NCBI GenBank assembly: GCA_047602405.1
Contig: JASGHJ010000001.1
Coordinates: 2,048,001 to 2,112,000 of the forward strand
Length of the DNA stretch: 64,000 nucleotides
Source: Anaeromyxobacteraceae bacterium
GTDB taxonomy: Bacteria; Myxococcota; Myxococcia; Myxococcales; Anaeromyxobacteraceae
Reading direction: 5' to 3'
In this document: piece after piece, positions 29,707-43,391 of the stretch
Numbering within the stretch: the stretch's first letter is position 1
Layout: each line of letters opens with the position of its first letter
The notes under the pieces: model-generated
The model's database searches: none
Told to the model about the DNA's origin: nothing
The model's input: only the letters and a program-made list of their open reading frames with translations
Program-made: the position numbers and the translations under genes

Positions 29707-29961
29707 ATGGCCGTCCACCCACCACGCAACCGCGTCGATCTCGGGAGAGCGCCGAACAACGTGCGCCGCCTGCGTGAGTCGCAGCTCCTCACCAAGGCGG
29801 AGCTCGCGCGCAAGGCGGGCATCTCGCCGCTCACCGTCTCCCGCATCGAGAGCGGGCAGGAGTGCCGCGTGGACACGCAGCGGAAGATCATCATCGCGCT
29901 CGGGTTCACGCCCTCCGACCGCGCCAAGGTTTTCGGGGCTCGCAGCCGGGTGGGGAGGTAG
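29707..29961 (+). CDS. Small XRE/Cro-type helix-turn-helix protein upstream of pilM
   Basis: NNVRRLRESQLLTKAELARKAGISPLTVSRIESG; ends 6 nt before pilM; start uncertain. Confidence 0.8.
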   Translation: MAVHPPRNRVDLGRAPNNVRRLRESQLLTKAELARKAGISPLTVSRIESGQECRVDTQRKIIIALGFTPSDRAKVFGARSRVGR

Positions 29962-29967
29962 GGCGCC

Positions 29968-31026
29968 ATGGCCAGGAACAAGCCGGTCATCGGCCTGGAC
30001 ATCGGCTCGGCGAGCGTCAAGCTCGTCCAGCTGAAGGAGAAGCGGGGCGGCTACGTGCTGCAGGCCTTCGGGGCCGCGCCGCTCCCTCCCGAGGCGATCG
30101 TCGACGGAGCGCTGATGAACTCCGCCGCGATCGTCCAGGCCATCCAGGAGCTCGTCGGCGAGCACAAGGTGAAGGCCAAGGACGCGGCCATCGGCGTCCG
30201 CGGCCACTCGGTCATCATCAAGAAGATCTCGCTCCCGCGCATGACGCAGGAGGAGCTCGACGAGTCGATCCAGTGGGAGGCCGAGCAGTACATCCCGTTC
30301 GACGTCAAGGACGTCAACATCGACACGCAGATCCTCACGCCCGAGGGCGACGCCGCCGGCCAGATGGACGTGCTGCTCGTCGCGGCGAAGAAGGACATGA
30401 TCAACGACTACACCTCGGTCTGCGCCGAGGCGGGCCTGTCCGCGACGGTCGTCGACGTCGACGCCTTCGCGGTGCAGAACGCCTACGAGGCGAACTACGA
30501 GGTGGATCCGTCGCAGACGGTGGTGCTGATCAACGTCGGCGCGGCGGTGTCGAACATCAACATCATCTCGCGCGGCATCACCACCTTCACCCGCGACATC
30601 ACGATGGGCGGCAACGCCTTCACGGAGGAGATCCAGAAGCAGCTCAACATCTCCTACGACGAGGCGGAGGCCCTCAAGGTGGGCGGGCAGGGCGAGTCCG
30701 ACGCCGTCGTCCCGCAGGAGGTCGAGCGGGTGATCCAGGGCGTCGCCGACCAGATGGGCGGCGAGATCCAGCGGTCGCTCGACTTCTTCTCCTCGACCGC
30801 CGCCGACGCCCGCATCGCCCGGGTGTACCTCTCGGGCGGCACCGCCCGCATCCCGGCGCTGTTCAAGGTCATCGAGTCCCGGGCCGGCGTGCCCGTCGAG
30901 ATCCTGAACCCGTTCAAGAACGTCGAGATCGACAACAAGCGGTTCGATCCCGCCGTCATCCTGGCCGCAGCGCCGTCCGCCGCCGTGGGCGTGGGGCTCG
31001 CCCTCAGGCAGCCGGGGGACAAGTAG
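29968..31026 (+). CDS. pilM: Type IV pilus assembly protein PilM
   Basis: IGLDIGSASVK, WEAEQYIPF, EIQRSLDFF, LSGG actin-fold motifs. Confidence 0.96.
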   Translation: MARNKPVIGLDIGSASVKLVQLKEKRGGYVLQAFGAAPLPPEAIVDGALMNSAAIVQAIQELVGEHKVKAKDAAIGVRGHSVIIKKISLPRMTQEELDESIQWEAEQYIPFDVKDVNIDTQILTPEGDAAGQMDVLLVAAKKDMINDYTSVCAEAGLSATVVDVDAFAVQNAYEANYEVDPSQTVVLINVGAAVSNINIISRGITTFTRDITMGGNAFTEEIQKQLNISYDEAEALKVGGQGESDAVVPQEVERVIQGVADQMGGEIQRSLDFFSSTAADARIARVYLSGGTARIPALFKVIESRAGVPVEILNPFKNVEIDNKRFDPAVILAAAPSAAVGVGLALRQPGDK

Positions 31027-31028
31027 CC

Positions 31029-31619
31029 ATGGTCCGGATCAACCTCCTGCCCGTCAGGGTCTCGAAGAAGAAGGAAGCGGGCCAGCAGCAGCTCATCCTC
31101 TTCGTGCTGGTGCTGGTGTTCGGCATCATCGCGAACTGGCTCTGGATCGGCTCCCGCACGTCCGAGCTCGACGGGCGCAAGCGCAAGCTCACCTCCACCC
31201 AGAACGAGATCGCCCAGCTCGAGCGGATCATCGGCGAGGTGAAGAACATCAAGGATCAGCAGAGCCAGCTCCGCGAGAAGCTCGACGTCCTGGGCCAGCT
31301 GAAGCAGGGCCGCACCGGCCCGGTCCGGATGCTGGACGAGCTCGCCACGGTGATGCCGCGCCGGCTCTGGCTCACGAAGCTCGACGAGAAGGGCGGCACG
31401 GTGACGCTCGTCGGCACCGCCGCGACGATCGACGACGTCTCCGAGCTCATGAGCGCGCTGCGCGCCTCGTCGCACTTCCGGAACGTCGAGCTCGCGAAGA
31501 CGAGCTCCAAGGTCGACAAGGGCCTGAGGGTGGTGGACTTCACGCTCAGCACCCAGGTCGCCTACGCGATGGCGCCCGCGGCGGACGCGAAGAAGCCGGC
31601 CGACGGGAAGGGGAAGTAG
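31029..31619 (+). CDS. pilN: Type IV pilus assembly protein PilN
   Basis: MVRINLLP motif, TM, coiled coil, LWLT. Confidence 0.93.
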   Translation: MVRINLLPVRVSKKKEAGQQQLILFVLVLVFGIIANWLWIGSRTSELDGRKRKLTSTQNEIAQLERIIGEVKNIKDQQSQLREKLDVLGQLKQGRTGPVRMLDELATVMPRRLWLTKLDEKGGTVTLVGTAATIDDVSELMSALRASSHFRNVELAKTSSKVDKGLRVVDFTLSTQVAYAMAPAADAKKPADGKGK

Positions 31620-31622
31620 GCG

Positions 31623-32277
31623 ATGGAAAAGTTCATCGAGAGGATCGCCAAGCTCCCCACCGGCGTGAAGATCGGCGCCGTCGCCGGCGCGGTCGCGCTG
31701 ACCTCGCTCCTCAACTACTTCGTCATCGGCGTGAACTTCGGGCCGTCCATCTCCGCGACCGAGGACGCCATCCGCCGGACCGTCCGCCAGCAGGAGCAGC
31801 TCGACAAGGACTTCATCGAGAAGACCGCCATCGCGAACAACCTGAACCAGTTCAGGCGCGAGAAGGAGCTGCTCGAGCAGCAGCTCCGCGACGCGCTCGC
31901 CGAGCTGCCCGAGGACAAGAAGATCGACGAGCTCCTGCAGCTGTTCCAGGACCGCGCGCAGAAGTCGGGCCTCGAGATCGGCACCATCGAGCCCGGCAAG
32001 GTCACGAACGAGAAGTTCTACGCGAAGATCCCCAATCCCCATGACGGTGACCGGGAACTTCCACGAGATCGCGACCTTCTTCGACTCCCTGGGCCGCATG
32101 CGCCGCATCGTGAACGTCACCGACATCCTGCTCGCCGAGCCGAAGGACGTGAACGGCAAGGTGGTGCTGCAGGCGAAGTTCCTCGCCACCACCTTCATGT
32201 TCCTCGACCCGGCCGCGGCCGCCGCCGACCAGAAGGGCGCGAAGCCCGGCCGCAAGCCGGCGGGAGGCAAGCCGTGA
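31623..32277 (+). CDS. pilO: Type IV pilus assembly protein PilO; apparent +1 frameshift at ~32034
   Basis: TM plus coiled coil, LPEDKKIDELL, FYAKIP|IPMTVTGNFHEIATFF...RIVNV. Confidence 0.9.
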
Positions 32278-32806
32278 TCGCCCGTCCGCTCCGCCTCGCC
32301 GCCCTGGCCGGCGCGCTCGCGCTCGCCGCGTGCGGCGGGTCCGCGAAGAAGCCTGCGCCGGAGGCCCAGAGGAAGGCCGCCGCCGAGCAGAAGGCCGCCG
32401 CGGCCGCCCCGAAGGACGAGAAGCCCGTCGCGCCCGAGTGGTCGTACTCCTCGGTCGGCAAGCGGGACCCGTTCCGCTCGTTCTACGCGGACATCGAGGT
32501 CTCCTCGCGCGTGCTCTCCACGAAGTGCGAGGGGCCGCTCGGCCGCTTCGAGCTCGAGCAGCTCCGCCTCGTCGCCGTCGTCACCGGCCTCGAGGACCCC
32601 GTCGCGATGGTCGAGGCCCCGACCGGCGTCGGCTACTCCGTCCGCCGCGGCACCTGCATCGGCAAGAACGGCGGCACCGTCGCCGCGATCCGCTCCGGCG
32701 AGATCGTCGTGAACGAGATCGCCGTCCGCGCCGACGGCACCCGGGACAAGACCCAGACCGCCCTTCGCGTGCCCCGCGAAGCGGCCATGAACCTCGAGGA
32801 GCAGCC

Positions 32807-32810
<4 letters not shown>
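32274..32810 (+). CDS. pilP: Type IV pilus lipoprotein PilP
   Basis: GTG 32274; lipobox LAAC; KRDPF, PLGRFELEQLRLVAV, IGKNGG. Confidence 0.92.
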
Positions 32811-35612
<2,802 letters not shown>

Positions 35613-35621
35613 GTGACGGCC

Positions 35622-36284
35622 ATGAAGACTCCGCTCCGCATCGCCCTCCTCGCCGGCCTCGCCCTCGCCGCCGGCTGCGTGGACAACAAGCCGTTCGTCG
35701 AGCTGAGGGGCATCTGCGCGGTCCCCGGGGCCGACGCGTGCACCTTCGCGGACACGTGCGACGCCTTCACGCTGAGCCCCCTCGTCTTCGACAACCAGGG
35801 GCTCATCGACCAGCTGAGCGCCTACGTCGAGGTCCGGAACCAGCTGCTCGACAACGGCGATGACAAGATCCGGGTGAACACGCACGACGCGTTCATCGAG
35901 GAGATCTCGATCTCCTACACGGGGCCGGTCGCGATCCCGTCGGCGACCTACCGGACGACCGCGCTGGTGCCGTCCAACGGGTCGTCCGTGGTGAAGCTGT
36001 ACGTCCTGCCGGTCGGCCCCGCGGCGGCCGTGAACGCCGCGGCGCTGCCCGCCGGCTTCAGCGACGTCATCGCGAAGCCGACCTTCAAGGGCAAGCTGGG
36101 CGACGGCTCGAGCTTCGAGACCGGCAACTTCGAGATCCCGATCCGGCTGTGCAGCGGCTGCCTGAACACGGGCGCGGCCCCGTCCTGCCCGGCCGGCCAG
36201 AACCTCTTCACCTGCCCGCCGGGCGCGGTCGGCGCCGGCGGCGTGGGTCAGAACAACGCCTCGTCCGTCTGCGTCACGCCCTAG
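35622..36284 (+). CDS. Cys-rich lipoprotein downstream of pilQ, function unknown
   Basis: MKTPLRIALLAGLALAAG-C lipobox; host-like codon usage. Confidence 0.75.
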   Translation: MKTPLRIALLAGLALAAGCVDNKPFVELRGICAVPGADACTFADTCDAFTLSPLVFDNQGLIDQLSAYVEVRNQLLDNGDDKIRVNTHDAFIEEISISYTGPVAIPSATYRTTALVPSNGSSVVKLYVLPVGPAAAVNAAALPAGFSDVIAKPTFKGKLGDGSSFETGNFEIPIRLCSGCLNTGAAPSCPAGQNLFTCPPGAVGAGGVGQNNASSVCVTP

Positions 36285-36347
36285 GGTGCGCGCCCGAGCG
36301 CGATCCTTGACCGGAGTGGGGGGGGCGGGCTAAGGGTTCGTCCAACC

Positions 36348-36707
36348 ATGGGCATCCGCGAGCACCTCGCCGAGGTCTGTGAGAGCGTCGAAGGCGCCCT
36401 CGCGTGCACGCTCATGGGTTTCGACGGCATCGAGGTCGACGCGCACGTCCAGGGCGGCGCCGACGTCGACATGAAGTCGCTGCTCGTGGAGTACTCCGGG
36501 GTGTTCCGGAGCGCGCGCGAGGCGGCGGAGGCCTACCAGGCGGGCGGCGTCGCCGAGGTCTCCATCGCGACCGACAAGGTCCTCGCGGTCGCCCGGTTCA
36601 TCTCGTCCGAGCACTTCATGGTCCTCGCGCTCTCGCCCGACGGCAACGTCGGCAAGGCGCGCTTCAAGCTCCGCGTCACCGCCCCGCGGCTTCGCTCGGA
36701 GCTCTAG
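36348..36707 (+). CDS. mglC: Roadblock/LC7 protein, MglC-like polarity factor
   Basis: VEGALACTLMGFDGIEV, MVLALSPDGNVGKARF; position between pilQ/lipoprotein and efp matches recalled Myxococcus mglC synteny. Confidence 0.75.
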   Translation: MGIREHLAEVCESVEGALACTLMGFDGIEVDAHVQGGADVDMKSLLVEYSGVFRSAREAAEAYQAGGVAEVSIATDKVLAVARFISSEHFMVLALSPDGNVGKARFKLRVTAPRLRSEL

Positions 36708-36790
36708 CCGGCGCGCGCCTCGCCGTACCGCGACGCTTACGCCACCCGAGCCCGGGCCCTCACCTTCGCAGCTGGAGGCATCGAAAAGAC

Positions 36791-37364
36791 ATGGCCGACA
36801 CCCTCGACACTTCGGCGTTCCGCCGGGGCCTCAAGATCGAGAATCGACAAGGAACCGTGGGAGATCGTCGAGTTCCAGCACGTGAAGCCCGGCAAGGGCT
36901 CCGCGTTCGTGCGCACCCGGATCAAGAACCTCATCACCGGGCGCACCATCGACAAGACGTTCAAGTCCGGTGACGTGGTGGGCAAGCCCGACGTGGAGGA
37001 GAAGGAGATGGAGTACCTCTACAAGGAGGGCGAGCACTACAACTTCATGGACAACAAGAACTTCGAGCAGACCTTCCTCACCGAGGAGCAGATGGGGGAG
37101 GCGAGGAACTACATCAAGGACAACACCACCACGCACATCCTGTTCTACAACGGCCGCGCGATCGGCGTGACCCTGCCGAACGCGATGGACCTGCGCGTGG
37201 CGAAGTGCGACCCCGGCGTCCGCGGCGACACCGTGTCCGGGGCGACCAAGCCGGCGACGCTCGAGACCGGCTACGTCGTGAACGTCCCCCTCTTCATCAA
37301 CGAGGGCGACCTCCTCCGCATCGACACCCGCACCGGCGAGTACCTGACCCGCGTCGCCGGCTAA
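36791..37364 (+). CDS. efp: Elongation factor P; apparent +1 frameshift at ~36842
   Basis: [54 protein letters not shown]. Confidence 0.95.
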
Positions 37365-37414
37365 CACGCCGCGGCGACGCCGCGGCGTGCTTCTTCTGGA
37401 CGAGGAGATCGACG

Positions 37415-37936
37415 ATGGCCAAGAAGCCCGTGGCGAAGGCAGCCCTCCCGGAGGTCGCCGGGTTCTCGATGGACGACGTGAAGCGCCTCGTCTCCCTCGT
37501 GGAGAAGAGCGACGTCACGCACATCGCGTGGCAGCGCGGGGCCGAGAAGGTCGTCATCCGCCGCGGCGGCGCCGCCCCGGTCGCCGCCCGCCCCGCCCCG
37601 GCCGTCGCCTGGGCCTCCCCTGCAGAGGCCGCCCCGGCGCCCGTCGCGGCGCCGGCCCCGGTCGCCGACGCCCCGGCCGCGGCCGAGGCGAAGCCGGGCA
37701 TCGTCGTCACCTCGCCGTTCGTGGGCACCTTCTACCGGTCGCCGTCGCCCGAGTCGCCCTCGTTCGTGGAGGTCGGCGCGAAGGTGAAGAAGGGCCAGAC
37801 GCTCTGCATCGTCGAGGCCATGAAGCTGATGAACGAGATCGAGGCCGAGACCGACGGCACGGTCGCCGAGATCCTCGTGCTCAACGCGACGCCGGTGGAG
37901 TACGGCGAGCCCCTCTTCCGCATCGTCCCGGGCTAG
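37415..37936 (+). CDS. accB: Acetyl-CoA carboxylase biotin carboxyl carrier protein
   Basis: [13 protein letters not shown]; biotinylation motif EAMKLMNEI; Ala/Pro linker. Confidence 0.95.
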   Translation: MAKKPVAKAALPEVAGFSMDDVKRLVSLVEKSDVTHIAWQRGAEKVVIRRGGAAPVAARPAPAVAWASPAEAAPAPVAAPAPVADAPAAAEAKPGIVVTSPFVGTFYRSPSPESPSFVEVGAKVKKGQTLCIVEAMKLMNEIEAETDGTVAEILVLNATPVEYGEPLFRIVPG

Positions 37937-37941
37937 CCGCC

Positions 37942-39297
<1,356 letters not shown>

Positions 39298-39325
39298 GTC
39301 TCGAACGGACGGGGCCTGCCCGGCT

Positions 39326-39374
39326 CCGTTCGTCCCGAGCGTAGGCGCGCGCAGCGCGCCGGAGTCGAGGGACG
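39326..39374 (+). repeat. REP-like palindrome after accC
   Basis: CCGTTCGTCCCGAGCGTAGGCGCGC-GCA-GCGCGCCGGAGTCGAGGGACG. Confidence 0.85.
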
Positions 39375-39420
39375 CGGGCCCGTAATCGGGAAATTCCTGC
39401 GTGGGTTCGCGGCGTTCGGC

Positions 39421-39449
39421 TTGACCGCCCCGGACCCATCCACTACCCT
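39421..39449 (+). promoter_or_regulatory. Candidate sigma70 promoter for the sgmX-like gene
   Basis: TTGACC-N17-TACCCT, ~105 nt upstream of ATG 39554. Confidence 0.4.
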
Positions 39450-39553
39450 CGAAGGCGCCTTCGGCTCCGCCCCGGCGCCGGCGCGCCGGACGCCTGCCCG
39501 ACGCCGCCGCCGCCCTGGCGTGGCCTTCCCATGTGCAGCGCCCGCCCGGCTCG

Positions 39554-42377
39554 ATGGCCCTCGACAAGAACAGAGATCATCGCCGAGGCCACCAAGCTGG
39601 TGCAGAAGGGGGCGTTCGACAAGGCGATCAAGAGCTACGAGCGCATCCTCGCGGAGGATCCGAAGGACGTCCGGATCCTCCTCAAGGTCGGCGAGCTCCA
39701 CCAGAAGAAGGGCAGCGACCACGAGGCCGCCCAGGCCTTCACCCGCGTCGCCGAGACCTACGCGGAGCAGGGGTTCTTCCTCAAGGCCGTCGCCGTCTAC
39801 AAGCAGATCGTGAAGCTCGATCCGGAGGAGGTCCGGGTCAACGAGCGGCTCGCGGCGCTGTACCAGCAGCTCGGGCTGCTCTCCGACGCGATGGGCCAGT
39901 TCCAGTTCATGGCCCAGGCGTACGAGAAGGCGGGCGACGTCGCGCGGCTCACCGACGTGCTGCGCCGGATGGTCGAGCTCGACCCCGAGAACATCGCCTC
40001 GTCCATCAAGCTCGGCGAGCTGCACGTGCGCGCCGGGCAGACCGCGCCGGCCATCGAGTGCTTCCGCCGCGCCGCCGACCACCTCAAGAAGCACAACCGC
40101 GCCGACGAGTACCTGCGCATCGCCGAGCGCCTCGCGAGCCTCACCCCCGACGACCTCACGCTCACCCGCGAGCTCGCGCACCTCTACCTCAACAAGCGCG
40201 ACACGAAGCGCGCGCTCGCGAAGCTGCAGCTCTGCTTCAAGGCGAACCCGAAGGACCTCGAGACGCTCACGCTCCTCGCCCAGGCGTTCCACGACCTCGG
40301 GCAGACCTCGAAGACGGTCTCCGTCTACAAGGAGCTCGCGCACGTCTACGAGGAGCTGGGCCGCAACCAGGAGGCGCGCTCCACCTGGCGCAAGGTCCTC
40401 GAGGTCGCGCCCGACGACGAGGACGCCTCCGCGGTGCTGGGCGTGCAGGCCGGCCCCGCGCACGCGCCGGCCCCGCCGCCGCCCGCGCCCCGCCCGCCGC
40501 CGCAGCCCGCGCCGGTCCGGACCGCGCCGCTCCACGTGCCCGCCCCGCCGTCCGCGCCGGCCCGCCCGGCCACCGCGACCGGCCTCTCCGCCGCCGGCGC
40601 GCAGGGCGCGGGGCGCGAGCTCACCGCCGACGCGATCCCGAAGCTGCTCACCGAGACCGACGTCTACGTGAAGTACGGGCTCCACGACAAGGCGCTCGAC
40701 CACCTCCGCAAGGTCCTCCTCGTCGACCCCGGCTGCGCGGAGGCGCACGAGCGGTCGCGCGACATCCACCTCTCCGCCGGGCGCACCGGCGAGGCCGCCA
40801 CCTCGGCCGCGCGCGCCGTGCGCGCCCATGCGGCGCGCTCGGCGCTCGACCGCGCCGCCGAGGCGCTCGCGCGCCTCCGGCAGATCGACCCGGTCCACCC
40901 GGAGCTCCTCGAGCTCTCCGCGCTCGCGACCGGCGCCCCGGTCGCGCCCGCCGGCGCCGCGGGGGACCTCCTCGCCCGTGCCGTCCCCGCCACCGAGCCC
41001 GACGACCTCGCCCTCACCGCCGCCGCGCACGAGGAGGACGAGATCGTCGAGGACGAGCCCGAGACGAGCGGGCAGACCGTGCTCGAGCCGACGGCGATCG
41101 GCGACGGGCCGGAGTCCGACGACGAGCTCGTGGAGCAGGTCGCGCTCGCCTCCACCGAGTCGGAGGAGATCGTCGAGGAGCGCGTGGTCGTCGAGGACCA
41201 GGGCGGCGAGGACGTCTCGGATCGGGCGGCCTTCGAGGACGCGCCCGAGCCCGAGCCCGAGCCCGAACCGGTCCGGCCGCCGCCCCGGACCGCCGCGCCG
41301 CCATCCGGCCCGCCGCCCGGCGCGCGGGCCCCGGCCCCGGGCCGCCCGCCCGGCGTGCGCCCCGCGCCCATCGTCACGCCGCCGCCGCCCGCGCCGGCCC
41401 CCGCGGCCGAGCGCGAGGTCGAGGACCTCTCGGAGGACCTCGAGGAGGCCGAGTTCTTCCTGCAGCAGGGCCTGCGCGACGAGGCCCGGGAGTCGCTCGA
41501 GGGGCTCCTCGCGCGCCACCCCGGCCACCCCGAGGTGCTGCGGCGCCTCGCGGGGCTCGGCGGCGACGCCGCCGACGACGCGCAGCCCGGCGAGGCCGAG
41601 GGCGCCGGGGCCCACGGCGGCGAGGAGCCGTACGAGGCCCCCCGGCCCGCGCCGCCGCCGGCCGCGCGCCGCACGGCCACGCCGCCGGTGGGCACGCCGC
41701 GCCCCTCGCCGGTCAACGTCGAGGCGTCCTCGGGTGACGAGAGCTTCGACATCGCCCGCGAGCTCGCCGAGGAGCTCGGCGGCGAGGGCGAGCCCGCCGC
41801 GGCCGCCGACGACTTCCAGTACTCGGTCGAGGACGTCTTCAACCAGTTCAAGAAGGGCGTCGCGGAGACGGTGCGCCCCGAGGACAGCGCCACCCATTAC
41901 GACCTCGGCATCGCCTACAAGGAGATGGGGCTCGTCGACGACGCGGTGAAGGAGTTCGAGACCGCGATGCGCGACCGCAAGCGCGAGGTCGACTGCCTCT
42001 CGATGATCGCGCTCTGCCGCATGCAGCAGGGCCAGCACCGGGAGGCGATCCTGGTGCTGCGCCGCGCGCTCGGCTCCGACTGGCTCTCCCGCGACGCGGC
42101 GAAGGCGATCCACTACGACCTGGCCGGCGCGTACGAGGCGGCGGGCGACCCCGAGGTCGCGCTCTACGTGCTGCAGAAGATCATGAAGGCCGACCCGGCC
42201 TACCGCGACGTGAAGGGCCGCGTCGCGGCGCTCGGCGGCGGCCCGGGCCACCCGCCCCCCGCCGAGCGCGGCGCGCGCCCGCCCGGCTCGCGCACCACCG
42301 TGAAGGCTCCGGCGCCCGAGCCGGCCCCCGCGGCCGCGCCCGTGGCCCCCGGCAAGAAGAACATCGGCTATCTGTAG
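39554..42377 (+). CDS. sgmX: Large TPR protein, SgmX-like pilus activator; apparent +1 frameshift at ~39573
   Basis: MALDKN|KIIAEA..., N-terminal TPR array (GFFLKAVAVYKQI), VYVKYGL, acidic/Pro linker, THYDLGIAYKEMGL, ends KKNIGYL; follows accC as recalled for Myxococcus sgmX. Confidence 0.78.
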
Positions 42378-42389
42378 GCGACCACGAAC

Positions 42390-43289
42390 GTGAACTACCT
42401 CGAGTACCACGAGCTTTCGCAGGAGCCGTTCTCGAACGCGCCGGTGTCGCGCTTCTACTACGCCTCCGCGCAGCACGCGCAGGCGCTGACCCGGCTGATG
42501 CACGTGGTCTCGTCGATGAAGGGGCTCGCGGTGCTCGTGGGCGACGTCGGCGCGGGCAAGACCACGCTCGCCCGCCGCATGCTCGACAGCCTCCCCGAGG
42601 AGGAGTACGAGGCCGCGCTCCTCGTCATCATCCACTCGGGCATCACCCCGGCCTGGCTCCTCAAGCGCATCGCGATGCAGCTCGGCGTCGAGGCACCCGC
42701 CGAGGAGAAGCTCGCGCTGCTCTCGCAGCTCTACCAGCGGCTCATCCGGATCCACGAGGCCGGCAAGAAGGCCGTCGTCCTCATCGACGAGGCGCAGATG
42801 CTCGCCTCGCGCGAGATCATGGAGGAGTTCCGGGGGCTCCTCAACCTCGAGGTCCCCGACTCGAAGCTCATCTCCTTCGTGTTCTTCGGGCTGCCGGAGA
42901 TCGAGGACAACCTCCGGCTCGACCCGCCGCTCGCGCAGCGGGTGGCGCTCAAGTACCGGCTCGAGCCGTTCAGCGTCGAGGCGACCGACGCCTACGTGAA
43001 GCACCGCCTGCGCCTCGCCGGCGCGCCGCGCATGCCCTTCACCCCGGCCGCCGTCGCCCGCGTCCACGCGCACTCGCGCGGCACGCCGCGCGTGATCAAC
43101 ACGCTGTGCGACAACGCCCTCTTCGAGGGGTTCCTCGCCCGGCAGCGCGAGCTCGACGACCGCTTCGTCGACAAGGTCGCCCGCGACCTCGGCCTGGAGG
43201 AGGCCCCCGAGCCCGGCGCCGCCGGCCCCGGCGGCCGCGGCAAGGTCGACCTCGCCGAGATCGACCGGTACCTCGAATCGCTGAAGTGA
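42390..43289 (+). CDS. ExeA/GspA-like AAA ATPase
   Basis: YLEYHELSQEPFS, GDVGAGKTT, LIDEAQML, GTPRVINTLCDNAL. Confidence 0.88.
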   Translation: MNYLEYHELSQEPFSNAPVSRFYYASAQHAQALTRLMHVVSSMKGLAVLVGDVGAGKTTLARRMLDSLPEEEYEAALLVIIHSGITPAWLLKRIAMQLGVEAPAEEKLALLSQLYQRLIRIHEAGKKAVVLIDEAQMLASREIMEEFRGLLNLEVPDSKLISFVFFGLPEIEDNLRLDPPLAQRVALKYRLEPFSVEATDAYVKHRLRLAGAPRMPFTPAAVARVHAHSRGTPRVINTLCDNALFEGFLARQRELDDRFVDKVARDLGLEEAPEPGAAGPGGRGKVDLAEIDRYLESLK

Positions 43290-43330
43290 TCCCTCGGCTC
43301 CGCGCGCCTGAGGGCGCGCTACGCTCGGGA
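43290..43330 (-). repeat. REP-like palindrome after the ExeA-like gene, reverse orientation
   Basis: Reverse complement TCCCGAGCGTAGCGCGCC-CTCA-GGCGCGCGGAGCCGAGGGA. Confidence 0.8.
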
Positions 43331-43391
43331 CTCCGCGGCGCCGGGGCGCCGCTACGCCTGGACTTTCCGCCCCCTCCGGGGGGATGCGAGA

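Noticed and set aside
36307..36336. Phase-variable promoter for mglC (TTGACC, G8 tract in spacer)
   Set aside because: The -10 match (TAAGGG) is weak, a G8 run is unremarkable at this GC content, and homopolymer length is unreliable in this assembly.
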